A stretch of 62,373 bases of DNA, counting the filler, from Chiloscyllium plagiosum (taxonomy: Eukaryota), in the NCBI RefSeq assembly GCF_004010195.1. It is 3 parts of one record of this genome, joined end to end, with 100 filler letters (N's around TTAATTAATTAA, not from the genome) between each part and the next. Parts side by side here need not be neighbours in the genome. Positions count along the whole stretch, not along the records: positions 48,350 to 62,373 come from NC_057712.1; 2 more parts are not named here. One strand, written 5' to 3'. Below, piece after piece: positions 50,436 to 62,373 of this stretch. Within the stretch, counting starts at the first letter, position 1, and every line of letters begins with the position of its first letter. The translations under genes and the position numbers were made by a program. The notes below the pieces were generated by a model that saw only the letters and a program-made list of their open reading frames with translations, did not search any database and was not told the origin of the DNA.

Positions 50436-51493
50436 ATTGAGCCGTGAATGGTGATGGGCAATTAAGCAACAGGAAGAGGAGGCTCTGTGAATGATAGCGA
50501 ACCGTAGCATATCAGTGCAAAAGACAAGCCTGAAGCATTTGTAACAATTATCAAACAACTGTGCTGAGTGGATGATCCATTTCTAGATCCTTCAGATGTC
50601 CCCAGAGTCACAGATGCCATCCACTCCGGTTGATGCCAATAAATGACTGAAGGCACTGAGTAATGCTGGGGTCTGACAATATTTTGGCAATAGCTAAGCC
50701 GTTCCACTACAGCTACAATTCTGGCATCCACTCAGCAATGTAGAAAATTATCTGGGTGTGTCCTATCCACATTAGTCAGGACAAATTCAACCTATCCAAT
50801 TACTGCTCCATCAGACACCTCTCAATCATTAACAAAATAAGGGACAGGATCATTTATTAATTGTTTTGAGACTTTCTTGGCAATATTCTGTGTTTCAGTT
50901 TTGGCAGTCTCCAGGCCATCAAAGCTGGAAACCACTTTGAAGGTGCTTAGCGATCTGAGTACACAGAAAAAACCTAAGGTTTTCTGCAGGTTCAGATTGA
51001 AAAATCAGTGAGTAATCAGAATATATATATGGTATACTATATTATGAACCTTCATCATGTCGATGGTCAGGGAGAGAGGTAAATGGAGCTCTTACTTGTC
51101 TTATCGTCTATCCAGAAGCCCATCAGTGTGTATCTGGGAGAGACAGATCATATCTGGTGAATGCACAGAAAGTTATTGAAAGGAAATGCTTGTGACTTCA
51201 GCAGTTGAGTCAGAAATTTGAAAGTGAAGATAAAGGTTTATATTTCACTCAAGTTGTAATGGTAAAGAATATTGCTGGGAAAGGGGGTTGAATCTTTCAA
51301 TGACCTACTTATAATAAGGTACTTCTGAAATGCTTAATAAATTTGTTTTGTTAAAAGTGTGTTGACAGCATCGTGAAGACCACCACGGTAACTGAGTTGT
51401 AAAATGAAACTTTTGGGCTACCAAGCTAGGTTTTACTCAGTGATCTTCCTGGTATTACCATCAGCAGGGTTCATTACAAAGCAGAGACTCACC

Positions 51494-51829
51494 ATAGAAT
51501 CATAGAATCCCTACATGTGGAAGCAGACCATTCGGCGTTTCAAATCCACACTCTACAAGGAGCATCCCACCCAGACCCATGCCTACCCTATCCCAATAAC
51601 CCTGCATTTCCCATTGCCAATTCACCTAACTTACACATCCCTGGATATTGCAGACAAGTTAGCATGGTCAATCCACCTAACGTGCACATCTTTGGACTTT
51701 GGGAGGAAATCAGAGAACCTGGAGGAAACCCATGCAGACACAGTGAGAATGTGCAAACTCCACACCGATTGTGACCCAAGGCTGGAAATATACCCAGATC
51801 CATGGTGCTGTGAGGCAGCAGTGCTAACT
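51494..51829 (-). mobile_element. HE1/V-SINE
   Basis: (atagaatc)n tail, tgtgcaaactcc, gctgtgaggcagcagtgctaac head. Confidence 0.88.
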
Positions 51830-52099
51830 GGAATAGAAATTCATTAAAATTTAAGCAGCATTTATGAATGTTTGAAGAAACAAGCTTGTGAACATACTGG
51901 ACGTTAAAAATTGACAATTGTTGTGAAGTATATGACACAGATTGAACTTTCAAAATAGTTTTGGGCTGTTGCTGAGACTGCTGGGTGTAGAATACATAAC
52001 AGTTGATTATTTAAAATATCTGACTAAGGCTAAGCAGAATTACATTTCTTGAGGATGGAAATAAAAGCACTGACATAAAGGTGATATGCTTAAAATAAT

Positions 52100-53150
52100 T
52101 ACTCAACATTTAGAATTAAAAGAACTTGGTGTGTCACTGTGAGAAGGAACTAAGATAAAAAAAAGGAGAGAGAAAGAAAGAGAAATGGGAAGACTTTCAT
52201 TTGAGGTAAAAGAGCGAGAAAGAAATGAGAGATAAAGGGAAACAATAATGATATGGAAGAGACAAAAAGAACTAGAAATAAGAAAAATTGAATTGGAAAG
52301 AGAGGAAAAAGAGGTAGCAATGGAAAGGAAAATGGAATTGAAAAGCATGACCTTGAGAGAGAGAGAGAGAGCATAGACAACATGACCTGGCTAGAGAAAG
52401 TAGAAGAAGTAGATAATGATTCTGATTCCAATATGGCATTTTATTTAAACTAGAAATCTGCCTTTAATGCCTAAATTTAGAGGATGGACTTGAAAGATGT
52501 TTAATCTCATTTTAAAAAATAGTTGGGAAGGTGAGGTGTCCAAAGATATTGTTACTTTAATGTTAAAGAGTGACTTGATAAATACAGTTATGAATGTATA
52601 CATCAGTTGGTCAGAAGATAAATCTGTAAACTATGAGGCTGTAAAAAGAGGAATACACAATGCTTAGGAGCTTGACTCTGAAGCACATTAGTTAAAATTT
52701 TGAACTTTAAAAAACCTAATCTAACATTTGGAGCAATCCAATATGTGTAGAATTTGCAAGGAAAAATGAAATTTTATAGATTTAGTCCTTTTGGTCACTG
52801 AAGTAAGAGAAACAACTTGTACACAAGGGACATCGTGATTACGGAAGAATCTGAAATATTATTCTGGCACGCTTGAAAAATTTCTTAGATGCACATCAAG
52901 GATTAAAAATCTGAGATCATCAGTTCTAACATAGACTCATGATATCTCCCAACGACAGTTGCATAGTCATTTGGGAATCAACAAGGTAATTGAAGGAATA
53001 TGAAATCTGGGGATGGAACTTATATTAATTTCGGGGTGCATACAAAAAAATGGCAAAGCCATAAAGGAGAGACTAGAATCTAAAAATGGTATAAAGAAAA
53101 TAATATGTCTATATTTGTTACAATATTAAAGCCAACTGGTGGAAGTTAAA
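52100..53150 (+). mobile_element. Highly decayed Gmr1-like Gypsy gag (SCAN-related capsid), possible LTR at about 50860-51478
   Basis: E/R/K-rich coiled-coil-like stretch, then LPLMPKF...YISWSEDKSVNYEAVKRGIHNA*ELDSEAH*LKF, which resembles the Gmr1 gag DYxxVKxAILxAYELxPEAYRQKF motif. Confidence 0.6.
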
Positions 53151-53433
53151 TAAGATACCTATTGAAGTAGTAGAAATATCTAAGGAATCTTCAAGAAAAG
53201 AAATAAATAGTAAACTTCAGCAGTGGTAGAGGCAGAGCATGCTCCTTTGGAACCTACAATTACATTATGAAGTCAGACAACCAACCAAATCACTCTTTCT
53301 ACCTCGACTCGCAGCACATTAAAGATTTGACCCTTTGGAGACCCACAATAGTTATTCCAATGGTTCCTACCCAGATTTTTAAATGCCCAGTCCCAGGCTT
53401 TGCAAATAATTAATTCTGATTTTGTGCTTTAAG

Positions 53434-53515
53434 CATAGCGTGGCCGAGCGGTCTAAGGTGCTGGATTAAGGCTCCAGTCTTGAAGGAGGCATGGGTTCGA
53501 ATCCCATCGCTGCCA
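53434..53515 (+). tRNA. tRNA-Leu(AAG) copy, probably a pseudogene
   Basis: TAGCGTGGCCGAGCGGTCTAAGGtGCTGGATTAAGGCTCCAGTC...GGGTTCGAATCCCAtCGCTGCCA matches vertebrate tRNA-Leu-AAG. A and B boxes are intact, but the 5' GG is replaced by CA. Confidence 0.85.
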
Positions 53516-53603
53516 TTTGTGTTGGTTGCCTGTTCTGCTGCAGTGTGTTAAAGTTCAGTGTTGAACGCTGCTGTGTCAAATTCCAACACAACAAGGTGAT
53601 TTT

Positions 53604-53861
53604 GGGGCAGCACTGTGGCTCAGTGGTTAGCACTGCTGCCTCACAGCACCAGGGTCCCAGGTTTGATTCCAGCCTCGTGCGACTGTCTGTGTGGAGTTTG
53701 CACATTCTCCCCGTGTCTGCGTGGGTTTCCTCCCACAGTCCAAAGATGTGCAGCTCAGGTAAGTTACCCATAGTGTTAGGTGCATTAGTCAGAGTGAAAT
53801 GGGTCAGTGTGGACTGGTTGGGCTGAAGGGCCTGTTTCCACACTGTAGGTAATCTAATCTA
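53604..53861 (+). mobile_element. HE1/V-SINE
   Basis: gtggctcagtggttagcactgctgcctcacagc head, V domain, aatctaatcta tail. Confidence 0.9.
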
Positions 53862-53899
53862 AAAAAAAAGTAACAATTTATTAAATATGCAATAACTTC

Positions 53900-54370
53900 A
53901 GCAACAAATATATGTCTACAGGACGCCCCCAGCAGAGTAATTATCCTCCTTTTATTTTTGTCATTTAAGGAACCTTCTAAGAAATTGTTCCTCCTAACTG
54001 CAGATTCCTTGCATCGAAATAAATACCACCCAGCCTTACTATGTTCTCTGTGCCTTAACTTGACTATATCCATATTGACTTACAGATGGAATTGGTGGTT
54101 CTTCTCTGCACACCATTCCAATACTGTACTTCAGCTGACTGTCCCATCCAGCTGCCAAATCAGTTTGAACCTTCCACCAGCTACACTAGCAAACCCCACA
54201 AACAGACGCTCGTTGGTCCCGTTCCAGTTGAGACATGATCTATCACATTTGTATATGCTCCTCAGAAGCAGACTTAGTTATCTAGGAGCCTAATGTTTCT
54301 TTCTGCTCCAGCTCTTCAGCCACATATCCATCTATTCTATCTGCCTAATCCATTTTAGTATGAGGCATTA
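53900..54370 (-). mobile_element. Degraded CR1 ORF1-region fragment
   Basis: Reverse-strand similarity to the ORF1 esterase end (ccgttccagttg, cttccacca, actagc). Confidence 0.45.
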
Positions 54371-54696
54371 TGGGGTTGGACAGAGGGAAAAGGTTTGCAT
54401 GGCAGGTGTGAAGAGTTTTGGGGAATGAGGTGGCTTGGGGCTTGAGGGGGTCTGAAGGGTGAAGAATGGATGGATTATTTTTGTGCAATTCTTCATGCTA
54501 TGCTCACTCTTACAGAAATGATTACATAAAATAATTCATCATCCTTATTTGTCTTATTACAAATTATTAGGTGCAAATTACCCAGTACCATGCTTGGCAC
54601 CAGATCCTATTTTTCTAGGAAACTCTAACAAGTATCCTTTTGTGAATTAATCCTTCAGGCCACAATAATCAATCTTATTCATCCAATCTATATGAA

Positions 54697-56355
54697 GACC
54701 ATAAGACCATAAGAAATAGGAGTGTAAGTAAGGCCATTTGGCCCATCGAGTTCACTCTGTCACTCAATCATGGCTGATGGGCATTTCAAAACCACTTATT
54801 CGCACTCTCCCCATAGCCCTTAATTCCTCGCGAGATTAAGAATTTATCAATCTCTGCCTTGAAGACATTTAACGTCCCAGTCTCTACTGCGCTCTGTGGC
54901 AATGAATTCCACAGGCCCACCAGTCTCTGGCTGAAGAAATATCTCCTCATGTCCAGTCTAAATTGACTCCCCCTAATTCTAAGCCTGTGCCCATGAGTCC
55001 TAGTATCCCCAAATGACGGAAACAAATTCCCAGCATACACCCTTTCTAAGCCATGCATTATCTTGTAAGTTTCTATTAGATCTACCCTCAACCTTCTAAA
55101 CTCTAATGAATACAATCCCAGGATCCCAAAACTGGACACAGTATTCCAAATGGAGCCTAACCAGAGCTTTATAAAATCTCAGTAACACGTCACTGCTTTT
55201 ACATTCCAACCCTCTTGAGATAAATGACAACATTACATTTGCTTTCTTAACCACGGACTCAACCTGCAAGTCAACCTTTAGAGAATCCTGTACTAGCATT
55301 CCCAGATCTCTTTGTACTTTGGCTTTATGAATTTTCTCATTGTTTATAAAATAGTCCATGCCTGTGTTTTTTTTCCAAAGTGCAAGAACTCGCATTTGCT
55401 CACATTGAATTTCATCAGCCATTTCTTGGACCATTCTCCTAAACTGTCTACATTTTTCTGTAGCCTCCCCACCTCCTCAGTACTACCTGCCTGTCCACCT
55501 AACTTTGTATCATCTGCGAACTTCACCAGAACGCCCCCAGTCTCTTCGTCCAGATCATTTATATATAAAGTGAACAGCTGCGGCCCCAACTCTCAACCCT
55601 GTGGGACACCACTTGTCACCAGCTCCCATTCCAAAAAGGAATCTTTTATCCAAACTCTCTGTCTTCTGTCAGACAGCCAATCCTCAATCCATGCCAGTAG
55701 CTCACCTCAAACACCATGGGCCCTCACCTTACTCAGAAGCCTCCCGTGAGGCACCTTATCAAAGGCCTTTTGAAAGTCTAGGTAAATAACATCCACTGGG
55801 TTTCCCTGGTCTAACCTAATTGTTATCTCTTTAAAGAATTCTAACAGGTTTGTCAGACACAACCTCCCCTTACTAATTCCATGCTGACTTGTTCTAATTT
55901 GACCCTGCACTTACAAGAATTTAGAAATCTCATCCTTAATGATGGATTCTAGAATTTTACCTATAACCGAGGTTAAGCTACTCGGCCTATAATTTTCCAT
56001 CTTTTGTCTTGATCCTTTCTTGAACAAGGGGGTTACAACAGCAATTTTCCAATCATCTGGGACTTCCCTGACTCCAGTGATTCTTGTAAGATTACAACCA
56101 ATGCCTCCACTATTTCTTCAGCCACCTCCCTCAGGATGTAGCCCATTGGGGCCAGGAGGTTCATAAATTTTTAGACCTTTTAGCTTTTCAAGTACTTTCT
56201 CCTTTGTAATGGCCACGACACTCAACTCTGCCCCTTGACTCTCCTTAATTGTTTGGATATTACTCATGTCTTCCACGGTGAAGACTGACACAAAGTATTT
56301 ATTAAGTTCTTCAGCCATTTCCTTATCTCCTATCACTAGCCTTCCTGCATCAATT
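54697..56355 (-). mobile_element. CR1 ORF2 RT plus 3' tail
   Basis: YLDFQKAFDKVPH, GPQLFTLYINDLD and KFADDTK motifs, with a (cataagac)n tail. Confidence 0.92.
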
Positions 56356-57179
56356 TGGGATTATAGTCTTCCCCAATTGTTACACTATCTTTCTCACAAG
56401 TATCCACTATTTCTTGATTTAGGCTGCTCACTCCAGTGTAGCTATGATTATAGGAATAATAAACTTCTCTGACTTCTCCCCTTTTGTATTTCTTATTTCC
56501 ACTCAAAGGTAAATAAGTTAATTTCTCACTACAATACTAATTTCATTTCTATTAATAGAACCACCTTTTCCTTTCGTCCTATGCTTCCAAAATACCCTTG
56601 CATACACAGGTCCCCGCTACGCCATTCAAGGAAAGAAGAAAAGAATGTGGAAAGGAGAAACCGAGGTGACTTGGGTGAGGGATAATAGCTCAGACCAGGG
56701 ATTATCCTTTTCTTATGGCAGTTGTCTCAAAATATACACCCCAAAGTAAAATTCTTTTACACCTCTTTTATTACAAACACTACTATGCTACATGAAGTAA
56801 GGAGTGTTTTAAAAATGCTAATGCATGCTACATTGTTGTTATTCAGATAGCTCAATGAATCACAGTGCAAAAAGGTAATATTCTGTATACCATCCATTAT
56901 ATCACATGTTCAGATGATTACCCAGCGCTTGACTTCTGGAACCTAGCATCAATATAAAATTTCAGTTACAGCAATTCTACAGAACTTTCCTCTTAAAGTT
57001 AAAGCTGCTTGCTTTGATGTTGTGCCAAATTGAAACAATGCAGCAGTTGTTCCTAGCCAGAGATGCATCATTGCATACCCTAGCCATGCACTTCCATAAG
57101 AATCTGATGTAATATGTCACATACATACACTAGACTTTGTGTAAACATGCTTATTTAGAGGAATGATTGTAAAAGTATA

Positions 57180-57480
57180 ATCAGTACAGTGAGACCGGGA
57201 GTACCATGAAATAATTGCAATAATGCAAATTTCACTCCAGCTTGAGGATTTGAATTCAGTTTTTAAAGTCAATAATGACAAGCTAACATCAGCGAAAATG
57301 ACCATGAAGTGGCTGCCTTTAAAAAACCCAACTGCGTCACAAATGTCTTTCTAAGAAGAAAGCCTGCTGTGTACATCCGATAGGTCTACATAAGCCTCTG
57401 GTCCCACACCAATGTAGTTTATTTTAACTGCCCTCTGATGTAAAGTTAGTTGTATGCAATAATTAATGCAATAAATAAGA
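57180..57480 (+). mobile_element. Degraded SINE with CR1-type tail
   Basis: atttgaattca..atgaccatgaa..aaaaacccaactg..ttaactgccctctga..gcaataaat. Confidence 0.55.
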
Positions 57481-57773
57481 CCGTTAGGAAAATGATTAGG
57501 ACAAGGCCATTTGCTCATTGAGTCTACACCAAATTCCAAAGGACTTGGAGCAGAAGTAGGCAATTCAGCCCCTTGAGTCACTTCACCGTTCAATGAGATC
57601 ATGGCTACTCCAGTAAATTCTCAACTCCTCTCTTTTCCCTTTTCCTTATGGATTAAAAACCTGTTTATCTTGGCCATGAATATTATTAGTAACCCAGCTT
57701 GACAACCCTTTGTGGTAAACGATTCCATGCATTCACTATCTTCTGAGTGAATTCTTCCTCATCTCTGCCCTAA

Positions 57774-57916
57774 CTGGCATTATGCCGCAAGGTTCGGTGC
57801 TGGGTCCACTACTTTTCATCATTTACATAAATGATTTGGATGCGAGCGTAAGAGGGACAGTTAGTAAGTTTGCAGATGACACCAAAATTGGAGGTGTAGT
57901 GGACAGCGAAGAGGGT
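57774..57916 (+). mobile_element. Tail-less internal CR1 RT fragment
   Basis: Encodes [44 protein letters not shown]. Flanked by ctaa repeats, inside an older minus-strand CR1 tail. Confidence 0.85.
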
Positions 57917-60397
57917 CTAAATGCATAAAATCAAGGCGAAGTCAGTTGAGGAACAACTGATCTAAGGATAGCCAGCAGAAGATTCAGAGGGTGACCTAAA
58001 CAAAAGTCAGAATCCATTGAGATTAGTTTTTTTTTGCATAAGATACTTGCGTCTTACTGTTGAAGAGGTGGGAACCTGTGACGATACTGGATTGGTACAA
58101 ATGTATTCCATTGTTATCAACATTGAAAAGTGCTCAGACTTAAACCATGAGGTTTAACAGGATAAACAAACAAAGTGATAGCCAATGAGCTGCAAACCCC
58201 ACTTGAGCCAATTCACAAAGTTATATCTGATATAAAACAACTTGGTGAGCAAATTGAAGTTTGGTGTAGATTCTGTGATGACTTGCAAGGGGCAAGTTCA
58301 AGTTCCTTATCTTCCCAGGAAGAATCCTCATGTAACTGAGATAGAGTGCTAATTTTTCCCACTTTTTACAAAGTTCTGTTGATTGAGATTAAAGTGGAAG
58401 GTCTGCCGTTGGTTTTTATCATACCATTTTCTGTTTTCCAGACTTATGGCAGGAGGAGTGGAAGTGCTTGCTGGGACTTTGCAATGTTCACATTGTTGGT
58501 GTCATATTTAAACTCCAGCTCCACCCAGCTTCAAGAATTTCCTTACCAATATGGTCCTGATTTATTTCAGATCTCCAGCTTCTGCAGTATTTTGACTTTA
58601 ATTGTTAAAAAAAGCAACAGCACACTAACAGTCTTACAAGTCCAAAGAGATCACATTCTACAAGAATAGTAAAACCTCCAGATCACTTGATTTTGAGAAG
58701 TCATAGAGTTGGAGTGAAATGGAGTCATGATAAATGAAATTATAGACAAAAAAATGTATAATAATGAGGGGGAAAATTGCTGAGGCAGAACAGCTGAGGA
58801 GCTTGAAGGAGACCTAACATCTGGTCCGAGTGAAGATTCTGAAATAATGTCTATCATCTTCATGTAACTGGTTGTTAGCATGCAAGAAAATTGTCTTGTT
58901 AACTATGAGAAACTTTTCTAGTTTAGACGAGGAAGTGGTTTCCTCTGCTTTGCAGGCCCTGTAGGTTTTCTCTTACTTAAATGAGGATATTGGCAGCAAC
59001 TTACATCATGAGCTCATACAGTGTATTGACCTGGCGTGCCCATGCCAACACTGTGGTATTTTTTCAAAACAAAAGCTAATAGTGCAATGAACTGTAATAT
59101 TGTTTTCTATTCTGGTTTCCATTAGAATTCGGATGGATGAAAGCTCATTAATCTTTTATTGTTATAAGCATAATTGATGTGTTCTGGTGTCTTTTTAGTA
59201 ATGTGTCTGTTTTGTCAAAATACACAAAATTTTACTTTGCCCTTTCTAGCTTTATGTTTTCCCCCTACAAAAGATGACATTTCTTTCCTAATAAATTAAA
59301 CTTGTAAAGGACATATACTCCTACTTCTCTGCCTGCCAGTGACTATGGTATTGGTTTCTGTACAGCCGAGTATCTTGGGAGTGTGACTGTTCAAGGCAGA
59401 AGCCATCGAACCTCTGGTAGAGGATGGCAGGGACCTCTACAGCTAAAAGCATCTCAAGCCTGAAGATAGGCAGTCAGTTTATTTTTTCCTCATCAATGCT
59501 GTAAGGTGTGACTTAATTAATGTGACAGGGACCTTTAGAAATGTGAGCCAGTCACCCTGTGCCTCCTACAAACAAGCTAAAATAGATGGAGAAAAAAAAT
59601 TGAGAAGCAGCAAAAGGACTATGCATGCAAACAGTGTGGACAGAGATCACTGAACTGCCATCCCACTTTTTCCCTCCACCCATAACACCTGTGCTTTTTG
59701 TCTGTCTCACTATCTGTATGTGTGTGTCAAGGGGAAATTCAGTGCATTAGAATCTTAACTAGTAGAGCAATATGTTGAAAATTCATAATTGAACTATGGG
59801 TCTAAAAGACATGTAAACTGCATACTTTTAAAAATCTTTGACTTTTGTGACAATTTTGGGAATAACAAGGTTTGATTTCCAATGCACTCCCTCTGTGAAC
59901 AAATCTAATGAAGGTGACACAATCATACTGTAAATGTTTGATTATTTTCTATATTTCAGTTGGAAGAAGTGTAGTGATGGGGGATAGTGATAATAATAAC
60001 ATAACTGTGCAGTAAAATACTGCACCAATGTCTCCAAGAATAAGTGGCAAATTTTGCCAACACATTTCTCAATTGACTGTCCTGAGGTTTATTAACTTAT
60101 TCCTTTGTTACTCCATGGTACCTTTAATGAATATACATTTTCTTCCACCATGATCACCAAAACCTTGCATGGAACTAAATCATTAAAGATCATAACATTG
60201 ACCCCATCACGTTGTAAGCTGTTCTTTGAAGGAATTATTCCATTAGTTCCATTCCTTTACTGTTTCCTCCATAGCTCTACAAACAGTTTCTTCCTAAATA
60301 TTTATCCAAGTTCCTTTTGAAAGTTACGATTAAATTTGCTTTCCTTGCCCTGCAGAGCATTCCAGATCACAACAACTCGGTACTTAGTAAAACATTT

Positions 60398-62373
60398 AGA
60401 GTCATAGAGATGCACAGCACGGTAACAAACCCTTCAGTTCAACTCGTCCATGCTGACTAGATAGGTCTATTCCTGATGAAGGGCTTTTGCCCGAAACATC
60501 GATTTTCCTGCTTCTCGGATGCTGCCTGGCCTGCTGTGCTTTTTCAGCACCACTCTGATCTAAACTCTGGTTTCCAGCATCTGCAGTCCTCACTTTTGCC
60601 ATGCTGACCAGATATCCCAAACCAATCTAGTCCCACCTGCCAGCACCTGGCCCATATCCCTCCAAACCCTTCCTATTCATATACCCATCCAGATGCCTTT
60701 TATATGTTGCAATTGTACTAGCCTCCACCACTTCCTCTGGCAGCTCATTCCATACACGTACCACCCTCTGTGTGAAAAAGGTCTCTTTTTATATCTTTCC
60801 CCTCTCACCCTAAACCTATGCCCTCTGGTTCTGAATTCCCCCACTCCAGGGAAAAGACTGTCTATTTATCCTACCCATGCCCCTCATGATTTTGTAAACC
60901 TCTATAAGGTCACCTCTCAGCCTCTGATGCTCCAGGGAAAACAGCCGTGGCATATTCAACCTCTATAGTTCAAATTCTCCAACCCTGGCAACATCCTTGT
61001 AAATCTTTTCTGAACCCTTTCAAGTTTCACAACATCGTTCCGATAGGAAGGAGACCAGAATTGCATGCAATATTCCAACAGTGGCCTAATCAATGTCCTG
61101 TACAGCTGCAACATGACCTCCCAACTCCTGTACTCAATACTCTGACCAACAAAGGAAAGCCTTCTTCACTATCCTATCTACCTGTGAATCCACTTTCAAG
61201 GAGCTATGAACCTGTACTCCAAGATCTCATTTTTCAGCAACACTCCCTAAGACCAGACCATTAAGTATATAAATCCTGCTAAGATTTGCTTTCCCAAAAT
61301 GCAACACCTCGCATTTATCTAAATTAAACTCCATCTGCCACTTCTCAGCCCATTGACCCATCTGATCAAGATCCTAGTGTAATCTGAGGTAACCATCTTT
61401 GCTGTCCACTACACCTCCAATTTTGGTGTTATCAGCAAACTTACTAACTGCTACTCTTATGCTTCCATCCAAATCATTTATATAAATGATGAAAAGTAGT
61501 GGACCCAGCATCGATCCTTGTGGCACTCCATTGGTCCCAGGCCTCAGTCTGAAAAACAACCCTTCATCACCATCTTCTGTCGTCTACCTTTGAGTCAGTT
61601 CTGTATCCTATTGGTGAGTTCTAACCCTGAGATCTAACCATGAGATCTAACCTTGCTAATCAGTCTCCCATGGGGAACCTTGTTGAACGTCTTACTGAAG
61701 TCCATATAGATCACATCTACTGCTCTGCCCTCATCAATCTTCTTTGTTACTTCATCAAAAAACTCAATCAAGTTTGTGAGACATGATTTCCCATGCACAA
61801 AGCCATGTTGACATTCCCGAATCAGTCCTTGCCTTTCCAAATACATGTACATCCTAACCCTCAGGATGCCCTCCAACAACTTGCCCACCACTGAGGTCAG
61901 GCTCACTGGTCTATAGTTCCCTGACTTGTCTTTACCGCCCTTCTTAAACAGTGGCACCACGTTTGCCAACCTCAAGTCTTCCGGCAACTCACCTATGACT
62001 ATCGATGATACAAATATCTCAGCAAGGGGCCCAGCAATCACTTCTCTAGATTCCACTCCCCCTCCTCTCTTAGCTTCCTTTCTGTCCTTCCTGTAGCATT
62101 TGTATCCTGGAACATTAAGCTGCCAGTTCTGCCCATCCCTGAGCCATGTTTCTGTAATTTCTATGATATCTCAGTCTCACATGTTCCTAACTGCCCTGAC
62201 TTCATCTACCTCCCTGTTAGGCCTCTTTCATTGAATAAATGCGGTTTTATTTATCAGTCCTACCTTGTTCTCTGCTTTGTCCCTGCCTACCCTGACTGGT
62301 TGACTCGCCTTTGTTCTCAACTGTACCAGTCTCGGATTGAAATCTTTCCTCACTATCTTCTTCGGTCCCACCT
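60398..62373 (-). mobile_element. CR1 LINE (3' tail, RT, deletion, EN start), runs off the window
   Basis: ORF 61634-62056(-) GNYRPVSLTSVVGKLLE..YMDFSK. The sequence jumps to EN N-terminal sequence near 62055. Confidence 0.92.
60464..60598 (+). mobile_element. Short Penelope insert (family A) with hammerhead, nested in a CR1 tail
   Basis: 16-bp TSD ccatgctgactagata (60448-60463) and ccatgctgaccagata (60599-60614). Core CTGATGAa-GGGCttttGCCC-GAAACATC. Confidence 0.88.

Noticed and set aside
51479..51840. tRNA-Pro-like PBS split by the SINE after the putative Gypsy LTR
   Set aside because: The match is too degenerate to support.
58640..58780. RIVKPPDHLIL peptide plus gagggggaaaa, resembling a Gypsy integrase end and PPT
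   Set aside because: Too short, with no supporting integrase core or LTR.
6850..60598. Selection against sense-strand hammerheads in the PPIL4 pre-mRNA
   Set aside because: Damaged copies occur on both strands, CpG decay explains ACGT to ACAT, and the sense copy at 17325 is intact.

Overview
AT-rich, repeat-dense vertebrate genomic DNA. The repeat set (HE1/V-SINE, Deu-domain SINE, CR1, L1, Penelope) points to a cartilaginous fish (inference). Six consecutive + strand coding exons of PPIL4 (cyclophilin plus RRM protein; exons 3-8 by human numbering) lie at 416-27735 and splice into one open frame. The next exon is not visible in the remaining 34 kb. Two 100-nt gaps carry an artificial TTAATTAATTAA linker, so contiguity past 30738 is uncertain. 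Most of the rest is nested retroelement debris: many CR1 LINEs (one near full length), L1-clade LINEs, SINEs, one hAT MITE, a Penelope RT fragment, a decayed Gmr1-like Gypsy gag, an LTR element with a degenerate tRNA-Asn primer-binding site, and a damaged tRNA-Leu(AAG) copy. The most notable hidden structure is about ten short Penelope-derived inserts from three families. They carry minimal hammerhead ribozyme motifs with stem covariation, and several have 11-16 bp TSDs or tail-to-tail inversions. Hammerheads in Penelope elements are known, so I cannot claim a wholly new system. All family calls are from recognition, not database searches, and repeat boundaries are approximate unless a TSD is given.
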